Below, in pieces: positions 1 to 10,588 of a stretch of 64,000 nt of DNA. A program made the position numbers and the translations under genes. How positions within the stretch are numbered: position 1 is the first letter of the stretch; each line of letters starts with the position of its first letter. This stretch comes from Microcoleus sp. Its GTDB lineage: Bacteria > Cyanobacteriota > Cyanobacteriia > Cyanobacteriales > Microcoleaceae. The notes under the pieces are model-generated. The model was not told the DNA's origin. It was given only the letters and a program-made list of their open reading frames with translations, and did not search any database. The DNA lies in NCBI GenBank assembly GCA_052279835.1, contig CP181291.1:5024001-5088000 (forward strand), read 5' to 3'.

Positions 1-12
1 CGATCGCTACTC

Positions 13-43
13 AAAAAAATAAGGTGAGCCGCAGCCCACCTTA
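13..43 (-). terminator. Intrinsic terminator of clpB
   Basis: Minus strand reads TAAGGTGGGC-TGCG-GCTCACCTTA followed by T7, a few bases past the clpB stop. Confidence 0.8.
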
Positions 44-49
44 CTAAGA

Positions 50-2665
50 TTATTTAACAGTCACCAACTCGGCCGGCAACCTTTTAAAGGCCAACCTTTC
101 ATTCTCGATATCGACAAAAATCGTATCTCCGTCCACAAAATCTCCCCGCAAAATACCCTTCGCCATTTGCGTTTCCAACTCCCGTTGAATTCCCCGCTTC
201 AAAGGCCGCGCACCATACACCGGGTCGTAGCCTATTTCTGCTAAGAAATCAAGAGCAGATTCCGACAATTTTAGAGACATTTTGCGATCGGCCAAACGTT
301 TTTCCAAGCGCTTCACTTGCAACAGCACAATCTGGCGCAATTCTGGCTTAGTCAAACTGTGGAAAATAATCATTTCATCAATCCGGTTCAAGAATTCCGG
401 GCGGAATGTTCCCCGCATCGCTTCCATCACCCGACTCCGCATTTGTTCCTCATCTCCCGCCACATCTAAAATGTATTGAGAGCCGACATTCGATGTCATA
501 ATAATCACAGAATTCTTGAAATCTACTGTGTGACCTTGAGCGTCGGTAACGCGGCCGTCATCGAGAATTTGCAGCATGATATTGAATACATCCGGGTGTG
601 CTTTCTCGATTTCATCGAATAGAATCACCGAGTAAGGACGGCGGCGCACGGCCTCAGTTAATTGTCCGCCTTCATCGTAGCCGACGTATCCCGGAGGCGC
701 ACCAATCAACCGCGAAACTGCGTGTTTTTCCATGTATTCCGACATATCAATTCGCACGATCGCCTCTTCTGTATCAAACAGATAAGACGCTAAGGCTTTA
801 GCTAACTCGGTTTTGCCCACACCCGTCGGGCCGAGGAATATAAAACTAGCAACGGGACGGTTCGGATCGGCTAAACCTGCGCGCGATCGCTGAATGGCAT
901 CTGCAACCGCAGTCACCGCTTCATCCTGTCCAATTACCCGCTTGTGCAGTTCATCTTCCAAGTGCAGAAGTTTCTGCATTTCCGATTCAACTAACTTGCT
1001 AATCGGAATTCCCGTCCACTTAGAAATAATCTCGGCAATGTCCGATTCAGTGACTTCTTCCCGCAGCAGAGTTTGACCTGTAGTTTGAGTTGCTGTTAGT
1101 TGAGTTTCCGCTTCTTGCAGTTGTTTTTGCAACTGAGTTAAGGTTCCATATTTTAATTCAGCAGCGCGATTGAGGTCGTATTTTAACTCAGCTTGTTGAA
1201 TTTCAATGTTAGCCTTGTCGATTTGTTCTTTAATCTTTTGAATGCTACCAATGACACCTTTTTCCGATTGCCATTGAGCATTCAAACCGCTTTGCTGTTC
1301 CTTGAGGTTGGCTAAGTCTTTTTCCAGTCTTTCCAAACGTTCAATGGAAGCAGCATTGCTTTCTTTTTGCAGCGATAGTCTTTCCATTTCTAGCTGCAAA
1401 ATTTTGCGGTCGATTTCGTCTAGTTCTTCCGGTTTGGAGGTAATCTCCATTTTGAGTTTAGCGGCCGCTTCGTCCACTAGGTCAATGGCTTTGTCTGGCA
1501 AAAAGCGATCGCTAATATATCTGGTTGACAAAGTAGCCGCCGCCACTAGGGCGCTGTCGGAGATTTTTACGCCGTGGTGTACTTCGTAACGTTCCTTCAA
1601 ACCGCGCAAAATTGAGATAGTATCTTCAACTGTTGGTTGGTCAACGTAAACTTGTTGAAAACGGCGTTCTAGGGCTGCATCTTTTTCGAGATATTTGCGG
1701 TATTCGTCGAGAGTTGTAGCGCCGATACAGCGCAATTCTCCCCTCGCCAACATCGGTTTTAATAAGTTGCCTGCATCCATGGAACCTTGGGTAGCACCGG
1801 CCCCGACAACTGTGTGAATTTCATCAATAAATAAGATGACTTTCCCGTTGCTGTCCATCACTTCTTTGAGGACTGCTTTCAAGCGTTCTTCAAATTCTCC
1901 TCGGAATTTTGCACCGGCAATTAATGCGCCCATATCTAAGCTAATTAATTGTCTGTCTTTGAGAGATTGGGGGACATCTCCGGTGATAATTCGCTGGGCT
2001 AGTCCTTCGGCGATCGCAGTTTTTCCTACTCCCGGTTCTCCGATTAAGACGGGGTTGTTTTTGGTGCGACGGCTCAATATTTGAATCGTGCGGCGGATTT
2101 CGTCATCTCGTCCGATGACTGGATCGAGTTTGCCTTGACGGGCTGCTTCTGTCAAGTCTCGGCCGTATTTTTCCAGCGCTTCGTATTTGCCTTCTGGATT
2201 TTGGTCTGTCACTTTGTTGTTCCCCCGGACTTGGGTAATTATTTCTTTGAGTTTGGCTTCATTTAGTTTAAATTCTTGTAACAGATTTTTGCCAAAGCGA
2301 TCGTCTTTGACGTATCCTAGTATCAGGTGTTCGACCGAAATAAATTCATCACCATAATCTTTGCGGTAAGCTTCTGCTCGATCGAGTAAAGTGTCGAGAG
2401 AACGACCGAGATAAACATTGTTGGTGCTTCCAGAGATTTTCGGCTGGCGGCTGATAAACTCATCGGTGCGATCGCGCAATTTGGTTACTGATACGCCTGC
2501 TTTATTAAATAAGCTGCTAGCTAGTCCCGATTCTTGTTCCAGCAAAGCTTTCATCAAGTGTTCGCTTTCTAGCTGCTGCTGCTGGGCTGCTTTTACGAGT
2601 TCGGGAGTCCGAGACAGGGCTTCCCAGGCTTTTTCGGTAAATTGGTTTGGATTATTGGGTTGCAT
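50..2665 (-). CDS. clpB: ATP-dependent chaperone ClpB (871 aa; start moved to [14 protein letters not shown])
   Basis: Two AAA+ modules ([16 protein letters not shown]), M-domain coiled coil, [25 protein letters not shown] motif. Confidence 0.97.
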   Translation of the reverse strand: MQPNNPNQFTEKAWEALSRTPELVKAAQQQQLESEHLMKALLEQESGLASSLFNKAGVSVTKLRDRTDEFISRQPKISGSTNNVYLGRSLDTLLDRAEAYRKDYGDEFISVEHLILGYVKDDRFGKNLLQEFKLNEAKLKEIITQVRGNNKVTDQNPEGKYEALEKYGRDLTEAARQGKLDPVIGRDDEIRRTIQILSRRTKNNPVLIGEPGVGKTAIAEGLAQRIITGDVPQSLKDRQLISLDMGALIAGAKFRGEFEERLKAVLKEVMDSNGKVILFIDEIHTVVGAGATQGSMDAGNLLKPMLARGELRCIGATTLDEYRKYLEKDAALERRFQQVYVDQPTVEDTISILRGLKERYEVHHGVKISDSALVAAATLSTRYISDRFLPDKAIDLVDEAAAKLKMEITSKPEELDEIDRKILQLEMERLSLQKESNAASIERLERLEKDLANLKEQQSGLNAQWQSEKGVIGSIQKIKEQIDKANIEIQQAELKYDLNRAAELKYGTLTQLQKQLQEAETQLTATQTTGQTLLREEVTESDIAEIISKWTGIPISKLVESEMQKLLHLEDELHKRVIGQDEAVTAVADAIQRSRAGLADPNRPVASFIFLGPTGVGKTELAKALASYLFDTEEAIVRIDMSEYMEKHAVSRLIGAPPGYVGYDEGGQLTEAVRRRPYSVILFDEIEKAHPDVFNIMLQILDDGRVTDAQGHTVDFKNSVIIMTSNVGSQYILDVAGDEEQMRSRVMEAMRGTFRPEFLNRIDEMIIFHSLTKPELRQIVLLQVKRLEKRLADRKMSLKLSESALDFLAEIGYDPVYGARPLKRGIQRELETQMAKGILRGDFVDGDTIFVDIENERLAFKRLPAELVTVK

Positions 2666-2887
2666 AAATTTTAATTCCCTGAATTTAAAAGGAGCGATAC
2701 TTAGCGAGGCTAATGCTCGATCGCCCGTATAATTGTCATTGTAGGGAGTTAGTGGCGATCGGGCGATCGGTATTCCGCTATCTGAAGATAGGATTTCCGT
2801 CCTTTTTCGCAGTCGATCGCAAATAATAGTAGGATTACTCAATCATTAATCCGTGTATCGGTCGTGTCAAAATCACTGTTTGTGGCT

Positions 2888-4633
2888 TCATAATTGCATA
2901 GTCACCCGTTCTGGGAGGCTGACAGTAAAAGTTGAACCTTTACCATCTTGGCTTTCGACACTAATTTCGCCACCCAGAATTTGACACAAACGTTGACTAA
3001 TTGTCAATCCCAAACCAGTCCCTCCATACTTGCGAGTAGTTGAAGCATCGGCTTGAATAAAAGGCTTAAATATCTGCTGCAATTGCTCCTCTGTCATCCC
3101 TATGCCAGTGTCGCTGACTCTAAAGACTAAAACTTGAGCAGTATAGTATGAATTAGAGATAGAATCTTCCTTATTTTTAGTTCTTTTTATCGGTCGGAGT
3201 TTTTCAATTTTCATTCTTTCTACCCCAATGGTAATCACACCTTTTTCGGTAAATTTGGCGGCGTTGCTGAGCAAGTTGAGCAGAATTTGCCGCACTTTGG
3301 GCTGGTCGGCGTACATGGTACCTAGTTCACCTTGGGTTTTTAGTGCTAAAGCATTGCCTTTTTTTTCTACTAATGGTTGAGCCGTGGTCATCACTTCTTC
3401 AATCATTGTTGCTACATCGAAGTTTTCTAAATAAAGGGTGACGTGACCGGCTTCAATTTTGGAAATATCCAGGATATCGCTAATCATATCCAGCAGGTGT
3501 TTGCCTGCTGTTTGAATTTTTTGTAAGTCGGGCAGAAAGTCTTCTGAACCGGAATCTTGAGCATCTTCTTGGAGCATTTCGCTGTAGTTGATGATGGCGT
3601 TGAGGGGGGTACGCAGTTCGTGGCTCATGTTGGCGAGAAATGCACTTTTGGAGCGGTTGGCTGCTTCGGCTGCTATTTTTGCTTCCTGCAAGTCTTCTGT
3701 ATATTCAGCTACTCGTTGAATGAGTTCGTTGAGGGAAATTGCTAGCAGTCCTACTTCGTCGGCGTTGGTGACTGGCGCTTGTAGGTCAAAGTTCGATTCT
3801 TCGGTAACTCGCTGAGCGATGAGGGTGGTGGCTTCTAGGGGGCCGGCGATCGCACCGCTGGTGTATGCTGCTAACAAGGCTGCGATCGCTGCTGATATTC
3901 CTAGAGAACAGATGAGAATTAGAGTTCCCAGTTTTTCGGCTTGGTCGTAGGTTCTAAATACTTCGTCTGCTTTGTCGCGAAAAGTACCCGCTAGTTGGGC
4001 GGAATCCAGGGAAAATTTTTCCAGTTTAAAAGCGCTGTCCCCCGTCGCAAAATTATACCAGTTGCGCTCGAACACCTGCTGCTGTTTGGGATTCAAAGCA
4101 GATAATTTCCCATTCCCCAATAGTTTCTGGACTTGTTGGAAGTAAGTTTCTACTACTTTATTGTTGGCTTTAGCGAACTCTTGAATTTTTTGATCTTGGA
4201 CTACGCCGTGATTTGAAGTCTGCGGGAGGCTTTGCAGTTGTTCTAGTTGTGCGCTCATCTGAGCCACGCGACTGAGAAAGTCCGAGCGTTCGCGATCGAA
4301 AATTTGCGGTTTTTTCGTCAGACTCACCAGCCACAACTGGTGAATTCTGACTTCCTGGGCGATATTATTAAGGTTGGTCAAGATTTCAGCTTTGTCTCGC
4401 TCGATCGCCAGTTGTTCCCTAACCTGGTGTTTGCAATAGGATTCCACTGCCCGTCCCGTCACCGCGCCCAACATAGCAATACTAATGACCAAGGCGTATC
4501 CGCAGCCGATTTTCTGCCTGATACCCAAGCGACTGAATAGATGCTTCAACCCTATTTGAGGAGGGTTCTGGAGTTGATTTTTCAAGATTAATGTTAAAGA
4601 CATGGGCAATATACTCGTTACCCAGAAAGGCAC
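2888..4633 (-). CDS. Membrane sensor histidine kinase (TM, periplasmic helical domain, TM, HAMP, HisKA, HATPase); probable start ATG 4603
   Basis: Two hydrophobic segments, HAMP (DEVGLLAISLN), H-box FLANMSHELRTPLN, N-box NLLSNAAKFT, G-boxes DTGIG and GGTGLGL. Confidence 0.92.
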   Translation of the reverse strand: MPFWVTSILPMSLTLILKNQLQNPPQIGLKHLFSRLGIRQKIGCGYALVISIAMLGAVTGRAVESYCKHQVREQLAIERDKAEILTNLNNIAQEVRIHQLWLVSLTKKPQIFDRERSDFLSRVAQMSAQLEQLQSLPQTSNHGVVQDQKIQEFAKANNKVVETYFQQVQKLLGNGKLSALNPKQQQVFERNWYNFATGDSAFKLEKFSLDSAQLAGTFRDKADEVFRTYDQAEKLGTLILICSLGISAAIAALLAAYTSGAIAGPLEATTLIAQRVTEESNFDLQAPVTNADEVGLLAISLNELIQRVAEYTEDLQEAKIAAEAANRSKSAFLANMSHELRTPLNAIINYSEMLQEDAQDSGSEDFLPDLQKIQTAGKHLLDMISDILDISKIEAGHVTLYLENFDVATMIEEVMTTAQPLVEKKGNALALKTQGELGTMYADQPKVRQILLNLLSNAAKFTEKGVITIGVERMKIEKLRPIKRTKNKEDSISNSYYTAQVLVFRVSDTGIGMTEEQLQQIFKPFIQADASTTRKYGGTGLGLTISQRLCQILGGEISVESQDGKGSTFTVSLPERVTMQL

Positions 4634-4823
4634 TATCTAAATTGTAATTGATACCAGCCTGACCGTAAATAAGTTGTTAGTCGATCGACAAATTTCGTCA
4701 TTTATGGGGTCCTTGCATAATTCCGCCACCTGCTCTACTTGACATTTTGCAAAATTCATGGGCGTTTGTAAAATCCCCCGCACCTGACGACGGGGGGAGG
4801 ATCTGAAAATTTGCAACTTTCCT

Positions 4824-5345
4824 CTACTGGCAAACTCGAAATTGTGCTAACTCAGGAGGAATTTTGGAAGCATTAGGTATGCTCGCATTGGCGGGAGCGA
4901 ATATTCCCATACCGAAACTACAACCCTCTGCTTTTGTACATTCCCCAGGCTTAGCGGTGATTTGATATTCACCTTGGGATGGAGGAGTAAAAGAGATTGT
5001 CGCGAGTTCGCCTGCCTTTTGACTGGTGGCGATTTCCTTACCGTTGGCATCGGTGAGAGTTAGGTTTAAATCCTGGCAATTGCCGTCACAAGTAGCTGCA
5101 AAAATATACTCTACATCTGGATGTAGCGTAGCTCTAAAAGGAGATGAAACTTGTTTACGAACAGTGCCAAATAAAGGCACAAATACTAATTTTTTACCTT
5201 GGGATTTTCGCTGTTCAATTTCTGTTTTTAAGCGACAAGTAACTGTTTTTTGCTCGTTAGTGAGTTCTTGGGCGATCGCCTTTCCTACCATTGCCGTACC
5301 CAGCAGCAGTGCGATACCAGAAATAACCAGATGTTTGGTATTCAT
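4824..5345 (-). CDS. Secreted hypothetical protein with a PPC-like beta-sandwich region and paired cysteines
   Basis: Signal peptide ending AIA-Q; CDGNCQDLNLTLTD...GEYQI pattern. Confidence 0.7.
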   Translation of the reverse strand: MNTKHLVISGIALLLGTAMVGKAIAQELTNEQKTVTCRLKTEIEQRKSQGKKLVFVPLFGTVRKQVSSPFRATLHPDVEYIFAATCDGNCQDLNLTLTDANGKEIATSQKAGELATISFTPPSQGEYQITAKPGECTKAEGCSFGMGIFAPANASIPNASKIPPELAQFRVCQ

Positions 5346-5487
5346 TGATGTCCCCTAAAGCTAATTTGTGGGTGATTGCAATAGACCGCTTTGCCGAGCA
5401 ATCTATTGAGTTATCTGGAGCCTATCACATTTGTTGGACATTGGCCAAACAGGGAATTGGGAATTGGGGATTTGACTAATGACTCAA

Positions 5488-6054
5488 TCATTTCTTACGA
5501 AAATCCCAAGCTGGCACAAACTTGGAATCTCCCCAAACGCCGCGGCGATTTTTCTTAGCTGCTGCTTCGGCTTGTTCCAGAATACTGGCGCTGGGACAGT
5601 TTTTTAAGTAAGGACGATAAACCATTGCTAGTCCTTCGCTAGTCAAAACTTCTTGCACAAATGTGCCGTTTGGTAAGCGAACTTCGCTGATTTGGCGCCC
5701 GTAGCGATCGGTATCGGTGACAGTCAAAACCACTCGATCGCCTCCTTGTTTCACTAGCTGCTGAGTTCTTTGCTGCGCTAAATTTCCCCACTTAAATTGA
5801 TTTTTTAGGGCTGCTGCTTTGCTATTCTTTTCAGCATTTGTGTGAGCCACTTCCGGTGCATCTACACAGGCAAAACGCACTTTGATATCTTTCCCAGCGC
5901 TATCGAGGGCGACAAGGGTATCGCCATCGCTGACTCGTTTGACAGCATAGTTATTCGCTGCTAATTTTTGGGGACATCCGAATAGTAACAATACCATACT
6001 TAATGTCATCAATCTTGTCATTACTCGGAAAACAGTGATTTTTGTTTGACTCAT
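5488..6054 (-). CDS. Thermonuclease (SNase) family lipoprotein
   Basis: Lipobox LFGC; VSDGDT, VRFACVDAPE, DRYGR and RRGVW motifs. Confidence 0.9.
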   Translation of the reverse strand: MSQTKITVFRVMTRLMTLSMVLLLFGCPQKLAANNYAVKRVSDGDTLVALDSAGKDIKVRFACVDAPEVAHTNAEKNSKAAALKNQFKWGNLAQQRTQQLVKQGGDRVVLTVTDTDRYGRQISEVRLPNGTFVQEVLTSEGLAMVYRPYLKNCPSASILEQAEAAAKKNRRGVWGDSKFVPAWDFRKK

Positions 6055-6066
6055 CTTGCTCGGTTT

Positions 6067-9000
6067 TTATTTAGTTTCCATCCAATTTTGACCAGCGTGG
6101 ATGTCAACTATCAATGGTACACTCAAAGGTAGGGCATTTTCCATGGCATCTTTGATTTTTGGCTGCAATTCTTCCCATTCCTGGGGAGGTACTTCAAAGA
6201 TTAATTCGTCGTGAACTTGCAGCAGCAATCGCGCCTGATAGTTTTGCAAAACTTGGTTGACTTCAATCATGGCAAGTTTAATGATATCAGCACTGGAGCC
6301 TTGGATGGGAGCGTTGGCTGCCGCCCGCAAAGATTGGGCGTCATCTCTACTGAGAGATTTAAGTCTATCGGGGTGGATGTCTTCGGGGTTAATGCCTTTT
6401 AAGTCGCTGAGGCGATCGAAGTTTAAGTAACGGCGGCGGCCGAGTATGGTGGAAACATAGCCAAGGGCGATCGCCTCTTTTTTGACTTTTTCCAAATATT
6501 CAAACACTTGACTATAACGCTGGTTAAATCGTTCAATAAACTTTTTACCATCTGCTGAGCTTTTGCCCATAGATTTGCCAAACTTAATCGCCCCCATCCC
6601 ATAAATTACCCCGAAATTAATCGTTTTGCCAAACCGTCTTTCATCCGGCGTAACATCCTCTTTTTCAAATAATAATTGAGCCGTGACTGTATGCACATCT
6701 CGGTTATTTTGATAAGCTTCAATTAACACAGGTTCTTGACTCAAATGAGCTAAAATTCGCAGTTCAATTTGAGAATAGTCAGCCGACACCATCAGCCAAC
6801 CTGATTCTGGTAAAAAAGCCTTGCGAATTTGTCGAGAAAATTCGGTACGGATGGGAATATTCTGTAAATTTGGATTGGAAGAAGAAAGCCTTCCCGTCCC
6901 AGTGGCAGTTTGGTTAAAATCTGTATGCACTCGCCCGGTATCTGCACGCACTAACTGGGGCAAAGCATCGACATAAGTAGATTTCAATTTGGATAATGTT
7001 CGGTGTTCTAATAAATCATCTACAATCGGGTGGTCTCCTTGGAGTTTATCCAAAACAGCGGCATCGGTGGAGTATCCTGTTTTGGTTTTGCGAGATTTTT
7101 TTTGAAACTCTTCTGGGATTTTTTCTAATAAGATTTCGCTTAGTTGTTTTGGGGAAGCTAAATTAAACTTTCTCCCCGCTGCTTGATAGGTGTTTTCTTC
7201 GAGTTGGGCCAATCTCTGTTCTAGTTGTTGTGAGAGTTCTTGCAGATAGGCTGAATTAATGCGAATGCCGCGATGTTCCATTTCGGCTAAAATTGGTTCT
7301 AAGGGCTGTTCGACATCGAGCAGTAACCGATGTAAAGATTTTTTAGATGGCGCATGGCGATCGGCTTCATCTAATTCTGCTCTCAGTTTATCTACTAATT
7401 GAAATGTGGTGTACACATCCATGCCGCAGTAGTTGGCTACTTCGGGAATGCTGATGTCAGCAATTGTTTTGTGTTTCGGGACTAATTCTTTGTAGCTTTT
7501 GGCGACAATTCCTAAGTATTTCCTGGATAATTCGCTGAGGCTGTGGCTGGTTTCGGGGTTGAGTACATAACTCGCTAGCATGGTGTCGAAGATGACTCCT
7601 GTTAGTTTAATTCCCTGACAGCGGAAGATGAGGCGATCGAATTTAGCATTTTGCAGCGCTTTGGGATAATTTTCGCTTTCTAAAATCGGACGCAAAGTAT
7701 TTAAAACTGTGGTTTTGTCTAAGTTTTTGCCTGTTTTATGTCCGGTTGGGATATAGGCTAAATCTTGTTCGCCGGTTCCCCAACAACAGCCAATGCCGAC
7801 TAATTCGGCGTCTCGTGGTTCTAAGGCGGTGGTTTCGGTATCCCAGGCCACAGGTGTTGTTTTGTCTGTACAGGTTTCTAGCAGTTTGACTAATTCATTT
7901 AACTGTTCTATGTTTTGAATTATCCGGGGTTTGATTGGTAATTTGTTTGCTTGTTGGGCGGCTTGGGTATCAGCATAACTCCAAAACCCTAGGTCTTCTG
8001 CTTCTGAATTTTCAAGAGCTACAGGTAAGTTTTCTGTCACACTGTCATTGGTATTTACAGTAACCGGCAAGTTTTCTGTTCCACTGTTGGAGGAGACTGC
8101 TTCTTGGTTATTGCTGATTGCTTCTTCCTTCTCTTCTACACCACCAAACCGTTGTTGAATTTGTTTGACTTTGCTTAAAAATGTCTTGAATTCTAATTTT
8201 TCTAGCATCGGTATCAATGCTGCTTCATCAAAACCTTTGAGCTGGCAATTTTTTAGTTCTACTTCTAAGGGAACGTCTTGGACGATGGTTGCCATGTGCT
8301 GAGAATGATAGGCTGCTGCTTTTCCTTCTTCTAATTTTTTCTTGGTTGCTCCTTTAATTTCGTCGATCGCTGCATAAATTCCGTCCAGGGAGTTGTAAGT
8401 GGTTAGGAGTTGGATGGCGGTTTTGTCGCCAATGCCTTTGACTCCGGGAATGTTGTCGGATTTGTCGCCGCAGAGGGCTTTGTAATCTATTACTTGTTGG
8501 GGCAATATGCCGAGTTTTTCTTGGACTTGTTCGGGACCGTATTCTTGGGATTTGCCTTTTCCCGATCGCCTTAATTCATCTGTGCTTAAGTATAAAACAC
8601 TGATTTTTTTAGCGGTGTCTACTAATTGAAATAAATCTCGATCGCCCGTGAGGATTTTGACATCATAACCGGAGGTGCTGGCTTTGTTGGCCAAAGTTCC
8701 CAAAACATCGTCGGCTTCGTAGCCGGGAGCGGTGATGGCTGGTAAGTTTAAATAGCCCAGGAGTTCTTGGAGGTTTTGCAAATCGGGGATAAAATCTTCT
8801 GGGGTTTCGGCGCGGCCGGCTTTGTAGGTTTCGTCGGCTTCGTGGCGAAAGGTGGGTGTGGCGGTGTCAAAGGCGATCGCCATGTATTCTGGTGCGATCG
8901 CCGCCATGACTTCCAACAGAGACTTGAGAAAGCCGAAACAGACGCTGGTGGGAATGCCGGTGCTAGTTCGCAAACCTCCATCTCGACTTTTGGCAAAGGC

Positions 9001-9090
9001 GAAGTAGGAGCGAAAGGCCAGGGAGTGGCCGTCAACTAGGATGAAGGTGGGTGTTTTATTGGCGGACACTGGCACTGAGGGCGATCGCAC
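6067..9090 (-). CDS. polA: DNA polymerase I
   Basis: 5'-3' exonuclease (LVDGHSLAFRSYFA, EADDVLGT), 3'-5' exo DTETT, polymerase motifs ADYSQIELR, KTINFGVIYG, QVHDEL. Confidence 0.97.
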   Translation of the reverse strand: MRSPSVPVSANKTPTFILVDGHSLAFRSYFAFAKSRDGGLRTSTGIPTSVCFGFLKSLLEVMAAIAPEYMAIAFDTATPTFRHEADETYKAGRAETPEDFIPDLQNLQELLGYLNLPAITAPGYEADDVLGTLANKASTSGYDVKILTGDRDLFQLVDTAKKISVLYLSTDELRRSGKGKSQEYGPEQVQEKLGILPQQVIDYKALCGDKSDNIPGVKGIGDKTAIQLLTTYNSLDGIYAAIDEIKGATKKKLEEGKAAAYHSQHMATIVQDVPLEVELKNCQLKGFDEAALIPMLEKLEFKTFLSKVKQIQQRFGGVEEKEEAISNNQEAVSSNSGTENLPVTVNTNDSVTENLPVALENSEAEDLGFWSYADTQAAQQANKLPIKPRIIQNIEQLNELVKLLETCTDKTTPVAWDTETTALEPRDAELVGIGCCWGTGEQDLAYIPTGHKTGKNLDKTTVLNTLRPILESENYPKALQNAKFDRLIFRCQGIKLTGVIFDTMLASYVLNPETSHSLSELSRKYLGIVAKSYKELVPKHKTIADISIPEVANYCGMDVYTTFQLVDKLRAELDEADRHAPSKKSLHRLLLDVEQPLEPILAEMEHRGIRINSAYLQELSQQLEQRLAQLEENTYQAAGRKFNLASPKQLSEILLEKIPEEFQKKSRKTKTGYSTDAAVLDKLQGDHPIVDDLLEHRTLSKLKSTYVDALPQLVRADTGRVHTDFNQTATGTGRLSSSNPNLQNIPIRTEFSRQIRKAFLPESGWLMVSADYSQIELRILAHLSQEPVLIEAYQNNRDVHTVTAQLLFEKEDVTPDERRFGKTINFGVIYGMGAIKFGKSMGKSSADGKKFIERFNQRYSQVFEYLEKVKKEAIALGYVSTILGRRRYLNFDRLSDLKGINPEDIHPDRLKSLSRDDAQSLRAAANAPIQGSSADIIKLAMIEVNQVLQNYQARLLLQVHDELIFEVPPQEWEELQPKIKDAMENALPLSVPLIVDIHAGQNWMETK

Positions 9091-9270
9091 GAAAGTATTT
9101 TCTCATTGTAGCGAGTTGTCGCCCCATCGTTCCTCAAGGACGAATCGATTTATTCCGAGTCAGTAATTCTCACGTTCCACATCCCCAATCTAAAATTTAT
9201 TGGCTGTGCAGTTTGCCTGAGAATAGTGGAAGATTTGAAGTACGATCGCACTTTTTCCAGATCGAAGTTT

Positions 9271-10548
9271 ATGGCTGACATTGACCAATACTATGCAATC
9301 CTAGAAATTGAGCCTGGAGCTTCCTTAGAAGAAGTTAAGCAAGCTTACAGAGATTTGGCCTTTGTGTGGCATCCCGATCGCTTTGCCCACAACGATCGGC
9401 TGCAACAAAAAGCTCAACAAAGATTAGCAGACATTAATCAAGCTTACGAGCAATTGGTGTCGTTTCTGAGTCAGCCGGAATTAAAGGCGATCGAACCTGC
9501 GTTTGAGACAGCAACAACCCCTGCACCTGTACGTGAAAAACTCAACAGAAGGGGCTTTATCAAGCCAAAAACTAGGGCTAATTTCAAAAAAAGTCAAAAT
9601 TCTCCAAAAGCTACCTCGAAAGGCCACAAAGGATTTAAAGCTGAAAACCGTCAAAGGTTTCCAGGGCGGCGTGGCAATCTCCACACTCCCAGCCATGCCC
9701 AGGCTACCTCGAACCGGAAACAACAATTTTCGATTCAATATTCAAAGTCGCGAAACTTTGCTACTTCCAGGCGACAATCTCCCAAATATTCTGGCTTTCC
9801 TTGGTGGCCGCTGGCGATCGCCTTTGCCAGTTATGCTTTGACTAGCTGGATTTTGACGAAATCTGCCGTCCCGCTATGGATGTGGACTTTAATCTGTGGT
9901 GCTGATGGGCTGTGGGCGGTGATTTTGGTGGCGGAGGGCTCGGTGACAGCGAGAGTTTGGTTGGCGGCTTTTGTTTTAGCTGGGGCGGTGGGGGGGTCGA
10001 TCGCAGGTTTTCAGGCGGGAGGCGCGATCACAGGGATGGTTTGGGCTCTGGTTGGGGCTGGCTTGGGGGCGATCGCGACTTCTGAGGCTGAGTCTAGGGC
10101 TGTAGCTGGTGTGTTGGCTGTGGCGGGAGTCGCGACAGTGACGGGATTGATGGCTGGAAGTGCTTCTGGGGATTGGATCAGGACGATGGCGGGGGGTATC
10201 TGTTGGGGGGTTGTGGGCTTGCTGTGTGGGCTGATGGGGGAAGTATCTGTTAATTCTGACAGCCCTAGGGGGCTTGTAGGTTTAATTGGCTTGGGAGTTG
10301 GGGCGATGGCGGGTGCGGTGGCGTTGACTGGTGCCGAGAATCTGGGTTTAGCTTTGGTAATGGCGGGTTCTAAGGCTGTCTATGGGGCTTGGGTGGCGAT
10401 CGGGATTATTGCTGGAGTTGTGGCGAGGATGGTGGCCGCTGAAAGGTCGATCGTCTCCGGGAATGGCTTTTACACCTCTATTCTGTTAGTGGCTACTTCT
10501 GGTTTTGGACTGTGGTTAGGAAACTGGTTAGCCGATCGATTTTTTTGA
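9271..10548 (+). CDS. J-domain (DnaJ class C) protein with basic linker and Gly/Ala-rich multi-TM C-terminus
   Basis: YYAILEI...WHPDRF J-domain; ATG at 9271; hydrophobic Gly-rich C-terminal half. Confidence 0.85.
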   Translation: MADIDQYYAILEIEPGASLEEVKQAYRDLAFVWHPDRFAHNDRLQQKAQQRLADINQAYEQLVSFLSQPELKAIEPAFETATTPAPVREKLNRRGFIKPKTRANFKKSQNSPKATSKGHKGFKAENRQRFPGRRGNLHTPSHAQATSNRKQQFSIQYSKSRNFATSRRQSPKYSGFPWWPLAIAFASYALTSWILTKSAVPLWMWTLICGADGLWAVILVAEGSVTARVWLAAFVLAGAVGGSIAGFQAGGAITGMVWALVGAGLGAIATSEAESRAVAGVLAVAGVATVTGLMAGSASGDWIRTMAGGICWGVVGLLCGLMGEVSVNSDSPRGLVGLIGLGVGAMAGAVALTGAENLGLALVMAGSKAVYGAWVAIGIIAGVVARMVAAERSIVSGNGFYTSILLVATSGFGLWLGNWLADRFF

Positions 10549-10588
10549 AGTCCTGCCTTAGTCTAGACTGAACCCCTAAAAATAAAAT

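Noticed and set aside
2666..2842. 59-aa N-terminal extension of ClpB in the ORF track
   Set aside because: ClpB homology starts at [14 protein letters not shown]; the upstream part is probably non-coding
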